From contig JBCCXZ010000009.1 of the NCBI GenBank assembly GCA_039190745.1, positions 15,874 through 79,873 on the forward strand: DNA of 64,000 bases, read 5' to 3'. Shown piece by piece: positions 38,903-48,213 of the stretch. The DNA comes from Planctomycetota bacterium. GTDB taxonomy: Bacteria > Planctomycetota > Planctomycetia > Pirellulales > Lacipirellulaceae. The translations under genes and the position numbers were made by a program. Every line of letters begins with the position of its first letter. Within the stretch, counting starts at the first letter, position 1. Below the pieces are notes generated by a model, which saw only the letters and a program-made list of their open reading frames with translations, did not search any database and had not been told where the DNA came from.

Positions 38903-40042
38903 TCAAGCGGCTCGCCGGGAAGGTTGTGTCGCATCCGCGGCGGGCGCCGAAGCCGCAGACCCGGTCATCTCGCGGTAGATTTTCAGGTACTGCGCGGCCG
39001 AGTTCTGCCAGCGGAACATCGCGGCCCGTTCCCGGAGGCGGTCGCCGTAGCCGGGCGCGGACACGGCGGAAAGCCCTTCACGGACCACAGCCGCCATTGC
39101 GGCCGGCTCGAACCGGTTCCAGTAGAAAGCGACATCGCCTCCGATTTCGGGCAGCGACGTGCGGTCGGAGAGAAACACCGGCCGGCCGGCGCTCATCGCC
39201 TCGACAACAGGCAGGCCGAAACCCTCGGTCAGCGAGGGGAACGCAAGCGCCGTGCAGTTCTGGAGGCACCACAGCCGCTCGGCGTCGCTGATCGGCCCGA
39301 GAACGGTCACACGGTCACGCACGCCGAGCCGGTCGATCTCTTCGGCGACAAATTCGCCGTAGGCGGAGCGGTTGTGCCCGGCGAGCACAAGGCGGTATTC
39401 CGGCAGCTCGGTCATCATGCCGACCACGCTGTGGAAGTTCTTCTTCTCCAGAAAGCACCCGAGCGAGAACAGGAACGGCCCTTCGGGCAGCTTGGCCGGT
39501 CGCTCGCCTTGGCCGATGCTGCAATCGGCAGCGCCGTTGTAGATGACGTCCAGCGGCTTGCCGCGGAGGTCGAGGTGCTCGCGGACCTCGCCGGCGACAA
39601 ACTCAGAGATCGTCGTCAACCGGTCGGCCTGATCGATTTTCCACTGCACTTCTCGGAGCAGCCGGCGAGTGACGTGGCGGTTCTTCTCACGCAGGAAGTT
39701 CAGGTCGTGGATCGTCAGCAGGATCGGAACGCGGCGGTTCCAGGGCAGGTACTTCGAGCACTGGTTGGTCATGTGCCACAGGTCGTACCGAGGGCCGGGG
39801 ACAACCCGGTTCGCGAAGGCCTTGATCTTGCTCGTGTAGCGGCCCTTCTGCCAGCGGCGCACCGGCTTGGTCGTCACGCGGTCGCCGGCGTAGCGGCCGA
39901 CCTGCTTCGGGGGCACGAAGTAGATTAGCTCCTCGCCCTCTCGCCGTTGGCGGATGAGCTCAGCGCCCAATTCCAGGCAGTACTGCCCGAGGCCGCTTTC
40001 AAGCAGCCGCAGTTTTTCGAGATCGACAACGATCCGCGGCAT
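38903..40042 (-). CDS. Glycosyltransferase family 4
   Basis: TIHD, KKN, FPSLTEGFGLPVVEAM, SLPEIGG. Confidence 0.9.
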   Translation of the reverse strand: MPRIVVDLEKLRLLESGLGQYCLELGAELIRQRREGEELIYFVPPKQVGRYAGDRVTTKPVRRWQKGRYTSKIKAFANRVVPGPRYDLWHMTNQCSKYLPWNRRVPILLTIHDLNFLREKNRHVTRRLLREVQWKIDQADRLTTISEFVAGEVREHLDLRGKPLDVIYNGAADCSIGQGERPAKLPEGPFLFSLGCFLEKKNFHSVVGMMTELPEYRLVLAGHNRSAYGEFVAEEIDRLGVRDRVTVLGPISDAERLWCLQNCTALAFPSLTEGFGLPVVEAMSAGRPVFLSDRTSLPEIGGDVAFYWNRFEPAAMAAVVREGLSAVSAPGYGDRLRERAAMFRWQNSAAQYLKIYREMTGSAASAPAADATQPSRRAA

Positions 40043-40336
40043 GGACGCCTCGGCGTGGCTCTACAGAGAAACGAGCGGGAAGGGGCGCGGGCCGTGCCAG
40101 CTGCCGCCCCAACTCCCATAGGTGGCTTCGAGATGCGGCTTGATACTTGCGGCGGCCTCCCAAGACAAGGCCGATCCACCTGCCGACTGACAGCGAAGCC
40201 CGCCCACTGAAATCCGGCCTGGGCGTCACCTGGCCATTCTGGTATTCCACCAACCCCGCCCGGGTGTGGTGCGCTCCTGCGCTTCCGCCCACAGGTCATG
40301 CATGCCCCGCCTAGCCCGCCGACCACTGGACCCGCC

Positions 40337-41107
40337 ATGGGCCTCATCAAGAACTTCAAACGACATCTCAAACGCCGCTACGGGTCGGAAGCACTGCTGA
40401 CCCGTGTCGCCAAGCAACAGACCGGCACCACGATCTCCGGCGGTCCGTTTCAAGGGCTCCGCTACGTCGGGAAGTCCTACAACGCGGCGTACCTGCCCAA
40501 ACTCGCCGGCTGCTACGAGCGCGAGCTCAACCCCGTGATCGAGCAGGCCGTCTCTGGAGCGTACGACCGGATCATCGACGTCGGTTCAGCCGAGGGCTAC
40601 TTCGCGGTCGGCATGGCAACGCGGTGCGATACCCCAGTCTACGCGTTCGAACTCGACTGCAGGGCCCGCGACCTTTCACGCGAGCTCGCCCGCCGCAACG
40701 GTGTCGAACAGCAAATCGAATTCCTGCCCGGCTGCGAACCGCCGGGACTGGAATCGGCCCTCGCCGGTAGCGACAGGCCTTTTGTGCTCATGGACGTGGA
40801 AGGCTACGAGGCCGTCTTGCTCAACGCGGACGCCGTCCCCTCGCTGACTCGCGCCGCGGTGCTCGTCGAGCTGCACGAGTTTGCCCGCCCCGGCATCACG
40901 GCCGACCTCTTCCGGAAGTTTGGCGCCACGCACGAGATCGAGGTCATCTGGCAGACGCCCCGCACGGCCGACGACTACCCGTTCGCCAGCCCGCTGACCC
41001 GACTGGTCTCACGCCGGCAAATCTGGAAGGCCGTCGATGAAAACCGCGGCTTCTCCCAATCCTGGCTCTGGATGCTCCCGAAAGACCAAGCCGCTCAAGC
41101 AGCTTAA
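40337..41107 (+). CDS. Putative SAM-dependent methyltransferase (FkbM-like)
   Basis: IIDVGSAEGYFAVG, AFE, MDVEGYE. Confidence 0.7.
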   Translation: MGLIKNFKRHLKRRYGSEALLTRVAKQQTGTTISGGPFQGLRYVGKSYNAAYLPKLAGCYERELNPVIEQAVSGAYDRIIDVGSAEGYFAVGMATRCDTPVYAFELDCRARDLSRELARRNGVEQQIEFLPGCEPPGLESALAGSDRPFVLMDVEGYEAVLLNADAVPSLTRAAVLVELHEFARPGITADLFRKFGATHEIEVIWQTPRTADDYPFASPLTRLVSRRQIWKAVDENRGFSQSWLWMLPKDQAAQAA

Positions 41108-41148
41108 GGCAAAGAAACACAAGCCGCTCGCCAACAATAGGTGCCCGT

Positions 41149-42126
41149 ATGACGCCCCGCCAAGCGCTCCGCCACTACTGGAAGGTCTTCCGCCTGGCAG
41201 TCACCGGCAAGATGCCCAAGATCGACCGCCGGGCCCTCACCCCGTCCCCGGGAGACCCGCTCTACGTCGGGCAAGACCATTCCGGCGGGTGCTCCTATGC
41301 CTACCCTGAAGGCCCCGACGGGGACGACCGGCTGGTCAGCTGCCTGTGCACTGAAGACCAGCTCCGCAGCCCGACCTTCCGGTACTGGATCGGCCAAACC
41401 AAGGCCGCCTTCGCCATGCACCGTAAGCAATGGGAGTTCGGGTACGTGATGCAGGCCCTCCACGAACGGGGCTGCCTCGACACAGGCAAGCGGGGGCTCG
41501 GCTTCGCTGTAGGCAAAGAGCCGATGCCCAAGGTGTTCGCCTCCCGCGGATGCGAGATCGTCGCCACCGACCTCCACGAAGAAGACGAGCGTTCTCAAGT
41601 TTGGCGGAAAACCGGCCAACACATGAGCAAAATCGCCTCCGCGGGCCAAAAAGTGAACGAGTCGGACGGCTCGATCACCTACCGCCACGTCGACATGAAC
41701 CGCATCCCCGACGATCTGACGGGATTCGACTTTACATGGAGCACCTGCTCGTTCGAGCACTGCGGCTCGATCCGATTGGGCCAGGAGTTTATCTGGAACC
41801 AGATGCGGTGCCTCAAGCCCGGCGGCACCGCCGTGCACACGACCGAGTTCAACCTCTCAAGCAACACAAGCACCCTGAAAGAGGGCGCGACGGTGATCTT
41901 CCGTCGGACCGATATCGAGGAAATCGTCCGCGGGCTGGTGGCCGAGGGGCACCACGTCGAGCCCCTTTCGCTTGACCCCGGCACGGGGGAGTTCGACGAG
42001 CACATCGACTGGCCGCCTTACTCCAGCGACAAGCACCTCCGGCTCATGCTCAAGCGGTACGCTGCGACCTCGATCGGGCTGATCATCCGCAAGGCCGAAA
42101 GCGCGGCACTCGCTAAGAGCGCTTAA
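41149..42126 (+). CDS. Class I SAM-dependent methyltransferase
   Basis: GLGFAVG, ATD, VDMN, FDFTWS..FEH, LKPGG. Confidence 0.78.
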   Translation: MTPRQALRHYWKVFRLAVTGKMPKIDRRALTPSPGDPLYVGQDHSGGCSYAYPEGPDGDDRLVSCLCTEDQLRSPTFRYWIGQTKAAFAMHRKQWEFGYVMQALHERGCLDTGKRGLGFAVGKEPMPKVFASRGCEIVATDLHEEDERSQVWRKTGQHMSKIASAGQKVNESDGSITYRHVDMNRIPDDLTGFDFTWSTCSFEHCGSIRLGQEFIWNQMRCLKPGGTAVHTTEFNLSSNTSTLKEGATVIFRRTDIEEIVRGLVAEGHHVEPLSLDPGTGEFDEHIDWPPYSSDKHLRLMLKRYAATSIGLIIRKAESAALAKSA

Positions 42127-42142
42127 CCGGCGGGCCGGCTCC

Positions 42143-42178
42143 CCTCACCCCAACGCAGGGCGTCAGCCTGCGGTGAGG
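42143..42178. terminator. GC-rich hairpin between convergent genes
   Basis: cctcacc..cgcagg/cctgcg..ggtgagg stem; no clear U tract. Confidence 0.35.
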
Positions 42179-42179
42179 C

Positions 42180-42617
42180 TCAGTCTCGGAGCACCAGCAC
42201 CGGGCAGTGCGCTAGCCGCACGACCCGCTCGGCCACCGAACCGATCATCAGCCGCGCCAGCCCGCTCCGCCCGTGCGAGGGCAGGACGATAAGGTCGGCG
42301 TCGAGCTTCGAAGCCAGCTCGGTGATCTCCTCCGCCGGCGCCCCGAACGCGACCTCGAAATTCACTCCTTGGTATTGGGGGTCGCTGAACTGCCGAGCCA
42401 GCATCTCTTTCAGATCGTTGCTGCGGGCTTGGTCGCTTATCACCTGCCAGGCCAGCGCGGGGTCGCCGGCGCCAAAGCTCTCCGCCGGCGGCGCGACGTG
42501 GACGATCGTGAGGTCTTCGGCACGCTGCAGCATGCTGCGAGCCATGTCTACTCCGCGGTGCGCCTGGTCGGAGAAGTCCGTCGGGGCGATTACGCGGTTT
42601 GCCATAAACTTCATCAT
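42180..42617 (-). CDS. Universal stress protein
   Basis: VIAPTDFS, IVHV, DLIVLPSHGRSG..IGSVAERVV..CPVLV. Confidence 0.93.
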   Translation of the reverse strand: MMKFMANRVIAPTDFSDQAHRGVDMARSMLQRAEDLTIVHVAPPAESFGAGDPALAWQVISDQARSNDLKEMLARQFSDPQYQGVNFEVAFGAPAEEITELASKLDADLIVLPSHGRSGLARLMIGSVAERVVRLAHCPVLVLRD

Positions 42618-43132
42618 CGTGGGACCCCCTTTCGCTGCCGGCCCTCTTCCTTGGGCTGAAGCGCTTCAACGATGGCACGAACCAAGTCGAGACTGGTCAC
42701 CACCCCGACCGGGCGGCTCGCGTCGTCGACCACAATCAGCCGGTGCATCCGCGAGAGAGACATCCGCCTAGCAGCGGAAAGCAAGTCCGCGTCCGAGGCG
42801 ATCGACTGCACCGCCGACGACATGTGCGTCTTCACGAGGTCGTGGCCAAGGCGGCCGACCGAGAACACGCCGGAATCGTCCGCCGAGAGCACGTAGTCGC
42901 CCACGCGGGTGCTGCCGTCGATCTCCTCCGCCTTGGCGTGCACGAAGTCGGACGACGTCAGCACGCCGATGCACTTGCCCAACTCATCCACCACGGGGCA
43001 CCCCGTCACGCGGTTCTCCGTGAGCACGTCGGCCGCTTCCGCCATGGTTTGGCTCAGACCAACGCACACCGCCTCACGCGACATCAGCTCCGAGACGTTC
43101 CGCCCCGCTAGGGCTAACAGCTTGCCTTCCAT
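42614..43132 (-). CDS. CBS domain pair protein
   Basis: VSELMS..CPVVD..IGVLTSSD; HMS..RLIVVD..VGVVTSLD. Confidence 0.9.
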   Translation of the reverse strand: MEGKLLALAGRNVSELMSREAVCVGLSQTMAEAADVLTENRVTGCPVVDELGKCIGVLTSSDFVHAKAEEIDGSTRVGDYVLSADDSGVFSVGRLGHDLVKTHMSSAVQSIASDADLLSAARRMSLSRMHRLIVVDDASRPVGVVTSLDLVRAIVEALQPKEEGRQRKGVPR

Positions 43133-43135
43133 CGC

Positions 43136-43486
43136 TTATCCCTCCACCTCGGGTGCGCTCGTCACGGGGGGGCTGCTAAGCCCGCTCGCCGAGACCACTA
43201 GCACCCGGTTCTCGATGCCCTCGATGCCTGGCAACTCCCGTAGGCACGTCTGCAGCACCTGCTTGAGGTAGAACGAGGGCAGCCTGCCCAACACTTCGAG
43301 CTTGCCCCCCCGGCAACGGATCGAGAGTTCCGACATCCGCGAGCGGAAGTAGTCGTGCTGTGCGACCCGCTTCGTCGCGGCCGCTTCTAGGAAGAGGTCC
43401 TGCGCCGGAGCGCTAGGGCCATCGTGCGCGTTCGCGCCGGGGTCGACCCGGAACCTCAACCCGAATTCTTTGCTTCCCGATCCCAT
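43136..43486 (-). CDS. BON-like domain protein
   Basis: ATG after GAGGAG; GRLPSFYLKQVLQ..LPGIEGIENRVLV, typical of Planctomycete BON proteins. Confidence 0.7.
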   Translation of the reverse strand: MGSGSKEFGLRFRVDPGANAHDGPSAPAQDLFLEAAATKRVAQHDYFRSRMSELSIRCRGGKLEVLGRLPSFYLKQVLQTCLRELPGIEGIENRVLVVSASGLSSPPVTSAPEVEG

Positions 43487-43541
43487 CTCGCCCTCCTCAC
43501 GACAAGCGGCCGCTTCGAGAGTCCCACTCCAGCGGAAGCAC

Positions 43542-43558
43542 ATGCAAAAAACAGACCG
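43542..43558 (-). promoter_or_regulatory. Candidate sigma54 (-24/-12) promoter for the BON-CBS-USP operon
   Basis: Minus strand CGGTCTGTTTTTTGCAT = GG-N10-GC with TTGCA, ~56 bp before the ATG, adjacent to a sigma54 activator gene. Confidence 0.5.
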
Positions 43559-43723
43559 AACACGCAGGGCCCACGCCGCTCGGCTAGTGCCCGAGAACGC
43601 CGGAAGCCAGTGGCCCCGAGCGCGCCACTCCGCACACCGGCGCGCTTTTCCGCACAGCGACGCATTCCGTTCCGGCCCAGGGCCGGGCATCATAGAGAGA
43701 CAAGGCGTCTGGCGAGGGAAGGT

Positions 43724-45229
43724 ATGGGCAGCGAGAACTACGAGAAATTCGCCGAGCTGCAGCGGTACGTCGATTGGTCGGACGACGACGCGGCCAACAT
43801 CCGCGGCGTTCGAGCAGTCTTGCTGCCGCACGTCGGCGCTATGGTCGATGACTTCTACGCTCGCATCGACCGCCACCCCCGCGCCGCCGCGGTCCTCACC
43901 GAGGGCGGGCCCCAGGTCGCACGGCTCAAGAAGACCCTGCACGCCTGGATCGAGCGGCTCCTGAGCGGGCCCTACGACGCGGCCTACGCCGAAGCCCGTT
44001 ATCAAGCCGGCCGGCGGCACGTGCTGGTTGGCCTTGATCAGGTCTACACCAACGCCGCGATGGCGCGGCTGCGGAGCGGGTTTGTCGGTTACCTGGGCGA
44101 CGCCCTCGGCGATAACCCAGAGGCCTTCACCCGAGCCGTCGTCTCGCTCAACAAACTGCTCGACCTCGACCTGGCGTTGATCGAAGACGCCTACCAGACC
44201 GAGTTCCTCGCCCGCCAGCAGAGCCTCGGCCGTGAGAACCAGCACCTCCGCGGCGCGCTCGCCGCTCGCGGCGACCACGGCGGCATGGTCGGATCGTGCC
44301 CCAAGATGCAGGAGCTCTACCGCCTCATCGAGCGGGTCGCGCCGACCGACGAACCGATCCTGCTCGAAGGCGAGAGCGGCACCGGCAAAGAGCTCGTCGC
44401 CGCGGAGCTCCACCGCAGGAGCCGGCTGGCCAACAAACCGATGGTTGTGGTCAATTGCGCCGCGCTGCCCGAGTCGCTGCTCGAGTCCGAGCTGTTCGGC
44501 CACGAGAAGGGCTCGTTCACCAGCGCCGACGCCGCGAAACGCGGCCTCTTCGAGGCCGCCGACGGCGGGACGCTCTTCATCGACGAGATCGGCGAACTCG
44601 CCCCCGAGCTCCAAACCAAACTCCTCCGCGTGCTGGAGAACGGCGCCTTCCGACGGGTCGGCGGGCTCAAGGAGCAGCGTGTGCAGGTGCGGCTCATTGT
44701 CGCCACCAATCGCGACCTCGCCGCCGACGTCGCCTCCGGACGCTTCCGCGAAGACCTCTACTACCGCATCAACGTCCTCACGCTCAAGCTGCCGCCCCTC
44801 CGCGAGCGGCTCGACGACCTCCGCCTCCTCGTCGAGCACTTCGCCGGCGACGAGTGGCTCTGGGGGGACGGTTTCCTCCACACGGTCCAGAACTACGGCT
44901 GGCCCGGCAACGTCCGGCAGCTCCGCAACGCCATCGAACGCGCAAAGATCCTGGCCGAGGAAGACGAGCTCCTCGTCGAGAACCTCCCGCCCGAGATCGT
45001 GCGGCAAAGCCAACGCCCCCGCCGGGGCTCTCTCGACGGCTCGGAGATGGACGAGGTCAACCGCCGGCATGTGATCGAAACCTACAAGCGCCACAACGGC
45101 AACAAGGCCAAGACCGCCCGCGAGCTGGGCATCAACCGCCGCTCGCTCTACCGCATGCTCGAGCGCTACGGCATCGGGCAAAGCGGGGGCGTCGGGCAAA
45201 GCGGCGGCGTCGACCAAGACGGGAACTGA
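43724..45229 (+). CDS. Protoglobin-coupled sigma54-dependent transcriptional activator
   Basis: N-terminal globin-sensor pattern (MVDDFYARI, RLKKTLHAW, GRRHVLVGL); GESGTGKE, LESELFGH, GSFTSA loop, FIDEIGE, FREDLYYR, WPGNVRQL; Fis-type HTH. Confidence 0.88.
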   Translation: MGSENYEKFAELQRYVDWSDDDAANIRGVRAVLLPHVGAMVDDFYARIDRHPRAAAVLTEGGPQVARLKKTLHAWIERLLSGPYDAAYAEARYQAGRRHVLVGLDQVYTNAAMARLRSGFVGYLGDALGDNPEAFTRAVVSLNKLLDLDLALIEDAYQTEFLARQQSLGRENQHLRGALAARGDHGGMVGSCPKMQELYRLIERVAPTDEPILLEGESGTGKELVAAELHRRSRLANKPMVVVNCAALPESLLESELFGHEKGSFTSADAAKRGLFEAADGGTLFIDEIGELAPELQTKLLRVLENGAFRRVGGLKEQRVQVRLIVATNRDLAADVASGRFREDLYYRINVLTLKLPPLRERLDDLRLLVEHFAGDEWLWGDGFLHTVQNYGWPGNVRQLRNAIERAKILAEEDELLVENLPPEIVRQSQRPRRGSLDGSEMDEVNRRHVIETYKRHNGNKAKTARELGINRRSLYRMLERYGIGQSGGVGQSGGVDQDGN

Positions 45230-45230
45230 T

Positions 45231-47174
45231 TCAGCCCGCGTCGCCGGCGGCCGTTTCTACCACCGGCACTTCTGGCATTTCTTCCGCCCAGCCGCCCACG
45301 ACGCACTCGACCCGCACCTTCAAATCGGGGCTGGCCATCGTGTCTCGGATGAGCCGCTTGATCTCTTCCGCCGAGGAGCGGGGCAGGGGGTGCGGGGAGG
45401 TCAGGATCACCGCCACGTCTACCGGGTCCACCTGACGGGCGGTGCCGGAACGCCCCATGAACAGCACGTCGACCCCCGGCTGCGTGGCGACGTGGTCCAG
45501 CAGCGCCTGGCGGAGATCGTCGGTCACCGCGAACGCGATCGGAGCCGTCTTGCCCTCGCGCACCTGCTGCATGAACGAGGTCACCAGGGGGATGGATACC
45601 CCCACGACGCACAGCCCAAGTCCGATCACAACGTTCCGGACCCAGAAGCGTCGGGGCGTGCCCTGCGTAAAAAGCCACAGTCCCATGCCGCTGAAAGTGG
45701 CCGCCGCCGCGAGGATGATCGCCAGCACATTGGCAACCAGCAAGAACAGGGCGCCCAGGCTCGCGTGCCACCGGGCGTAGGACAGGCAGATGCCCACCGA
45801 GCAGAGCGGCGGGACCAACGCCGTGGCGATCGCCACGCCCGCGATCGTGCCCGCCACGCTCGGCCGCGCCAGCGCGTACGCCGCCGCAACGCCGGAGAAC
45901 AACGCCACCAGCAGGTCGAGGATGTTCGGCTCGGTCCGCGCAAAGACCTCCGGAGTGAGATCCGTGCCGGGGGTGATCCAGCCGATCGCTGCGCTGATCG
46001 CCAACGCGGTGAAGAAGCCCCGGCCGATCGCCCGGAAGCAGCTGTACGCTAGTTTGCGGTTGCCCTGGTTGAGCGCCAGCCCCATGCCGATCATCGGCGT
46101 CATCAACGGCGCCAAAAGCATCGAGCCGATCACCACCGCCGGCGAGTTCTGCAGCAGCCCCAGCGTGGCGATCGCCGAAGCCAGCCCGAGCATCATGATA
46201 AAGTCGCTGTTCCACCGCGAGCCAATCTGGAGCTGCTCGAACAGGTTGGCGTAGTCGGTCGGGTTGAGCCGCGGCAGCAGCCCCCGCATCCGCAAGCCCG
46301 CGCGGCCGACCTCCAAGCGTGCCCCGCGTCGGAACACTCCAATCGTTGCTTTGGGAGCCGCCTCGCACATCCGCTCGACGCCCGCCTCCAGGTCGGCGCC
46401 CACCAGCAGCAGGTCGCAGCCTTCGGACTCGCCGCAGATGGCCGCCACGCGGTCGTCGCCCAGCACCGTCTTGATCGCCAGGTGACTGGATTCTTCCAGG
46501 CTCAGTTCCCGCAGCATGCCGCGCAGGGCCCGATCACCGACCTCGATGGCCCGCTCGCCGATGTCCGCCTCGACGCCCACGGCGGTCACCGAGCCCCCGG
46601 TGCTGCGCGCCGTCGCCGCGGCGACCTCCAACGCTTCGGTGTCGTGCGAGCCCTCCGACGTGCCCACCACCAACGAACCGACCTTCAGCGTCCGCGGCCC
46701 GTCGCCGTACAACACCACCGAACTGCACGAGCACTTCGCCGCGAGCTGCTTCGGAACCGGCGCACGCTTGCCGTTCTTGCCCTCGGGCGACGGGCAGCCG
46801 GGACCAACCACCAACAGCTCGGGCGATTCGACGCGCAGCCGCGACAGCGTCGCCGAGAGCGCGTCCGGCTCAGGCACCCGCCGGACGCTCACGTCGTGCC
46901 GGGCGATGCGCCCCCGCCGGGCGTGCTTGGTCCGCACCACCGACTCAACCGCCGCGTCGATCGCACGCCGCGTGCCGTCGGCGATGTCCTCCGGGCTGCC
47001 GTCGACCGCGATGATCATCGACTCGGAGGTCACCGACTCCGGCACGTAGTAAACGATCAGGTCGGTCCCCTGCGCCGCGGCAAATCGGCCCGCCCACACC
47101 ACCACGCGGCGGGCTTCTTCGGCGGCCGAGACAAAGGCGGCGACAGACACGTGCGGGCCTGCGGGAAGGAGCAT
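45231..47174 (-). CDS. DUF389/TIGR00341-like membrane protein with N-terminal USP-like regions
   Basis: IATLGLLQNSPAVVIGSMLLAPLMTP, GVAIATALVPPL. Confidence 0.82.
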   Translation of the reverse strand: MLLPAGPHVSVAAFVSAAEEARRVVVWAGRFAAAQGTDLIVYYVPESVTSESMIIAVDGSPEDIADGTRRAIDAAVESVVRTKHARRGRIARHDVSVRRVPEPDALSATLSRLRVESPELLVVGPGCPSPEGKNGKRAPVPKQLAAKCSCSSVVLYGDGPRTLKVGSLVVGTSEGSHDTEALEVAAATARSTGGSVTAVGVEADIGERAIEVGDRALRGMLRELSLEESSHLAIKTVLGDDRVAAICGESEGCDLLLVGADLEAGVERMCEAAPKATIGVFRRGARLEVGRAGLRMRGLLPRLNPTDYANLFEQLQIGSRWNSDFIMMLGLASAIATLGLLQNSPAVVIGSMLLAPLMTPMIGMGLALNQGNRKLAYSCFRAIGRGFFTALAISAAIGWITPGTDLTPEVFARTEPNILDLLVALFSGVAAAYALARPSVAGTIAGVAIATALVPPLCSVGICLSYARWHASLGALFLLVANVLAIILAAAATFSGMGLWLFTQGTPRRFWVRNVVIGLGLCVVGVSIPLVTSFMQQVREGKTAPIAFAVTDDLRQALLDHVATQPGVDVLFMGRSGTARQVDPVDVAVILTSPHPLPRSSAEEIKRLIRDTMASPDLKVRVECVVGGWAEEMPEVPVVETAAGDAG

Positions 47175-47333
47175 GATGGAAAGAGACTTTGACGAGACTC
47201 ATCTATCCTAGTCGTTGCCCGCGGGGGTCGAAACAAAATCCGCTTGGTAATCGCGGCCAGCAACGACCGTGCGGCTATTGGGGGGCAATCCCTAACGGTT
47301 ACAACGAAGTCGGCGCGGCCGAAACCCGCCGAG

Positions 47334-48113
47334 CTAAGCGCCCGAAGCCAGCCGGTCGCGTGCCTCGATGAGCTGGGCCGCGATGCTCACCGCAATCTCG
47401 CCGGGGTGGTTCGACCCCAACGGCAGCCCGACCGGGCAGTGGAACGTGAGCCGCTCCGGGGCAACCCCCGCTTCGACCAATTCCTTGCATAGCACCGCCG
47501 CCTTCGCTTTGCTGCCGATCACGCCCACGAAAGGGAACGCCGCATCGGCCCGGTAGATTTGCTCCAGCACCGGCAGGTCGGAGCGGTGCCCGCGGGTCAT
47601 GCACAGCACGAACGCATCGTCCGGCAGAGACGCGACCGCCGCGGGCGGGTCGTCGGTCTGCACCGCCCGCACGCCGGGCGGCAACCGGCCGAGCCACTCC
47701 CCCCGAGGATCGACGCACGTCACCCGGCAGGGAAGCGTCACCAGCAACCGAGCCAGCGCCTGCGTCACATGCCCCGCGCCGAACACAACAACGTTCCACT
47801 CCGCAACGCCGACGCTCTCGAAGAACAGTTTCACCCGCCCGCCGCACGTCATGCCGACGTCGGCCTTCAGGTTCCAGTCGCGGAACCGCTGGGCGACACC
47901 CTCGGCGAGCATCCGCCGGGCTTCGTCGATCGCCTTCGCCTCGACGCGCCCGCCGCCGACCGTGCCCTCATCCAGGCCGTCGGCCGTGACGAGCATCTTC
48001 GCCCCCGCGTCCTGCGGCGTGGAGCCTTCCGCCTCCGCCAGCGTCACCAGCACAAACGGCGTCCCTGCATCAGTAAGTTCCGAGCAGCGGTGGAAGAAGT
48101 CGGAATGGTTCAT
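47334..48113 (-). CDS. xdhC: Xanthine dehydrogenase accessory protein
   Basis: GSTPQDAGAKM, GTVGGG, MTCGG, FGAGHV, IGSKAK, CPVGL. Confidence 0.92.
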   Translation of the reverse strand: MNHSDFFHRCSELTDAGTPFVLVTLAEAEGSTPQDAGAKMLVTADGLDEGTVGGGRVEAKAIDEARRMLAEGVAQRFRDWNLKADVGMTCGGRVKLFFESVGVAEWNVVVFGAGHVTQALARLLVTLPCRVTCVDPRGEWLGRLPPGVRAVQTDDPPAAVASLPDDAFVLCMTRGHRSDLPVLEQIYRADAAFPFVGVIGSKAKAAVLCKELVEAGVAPERLTFHCPVGLPLGSNHPGEIAVSIAAQLIEARDRLASGA

Positions 48114-48138
48114 GCGGGGCTGCCAAACATATGCTCTT

Positions 48139-48213
48139 CTGTAGGAGGTCTCTCCGAGGCCGATCAGAGACTGCTACAGATAGCCTAATCTGGCTCGGAG
48201 AGCCCTCCTACAG
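48139..48213. repeat. GTAG-type REP-like inverted doublet (REPIN-like), copy B
   Basis: ctgtaggaggtctctccgaggccgat ... atctggctcggagagccctcctacag. Confidence 0.8.

Noticed and set aside
43136..45217. 693-aa minus-strand ORF
   Set aside because: Antisense shadow of the sigma54 activator; only the last 116 aa (BON-like) has its own RBS and start
45170..45220. 18-bp tandem repeat (GIGQSG GVGQSG GVDQDG) at the activator C-terminus
   Set aside because: In-frame low-complexity tail, probably slippage with no evident function
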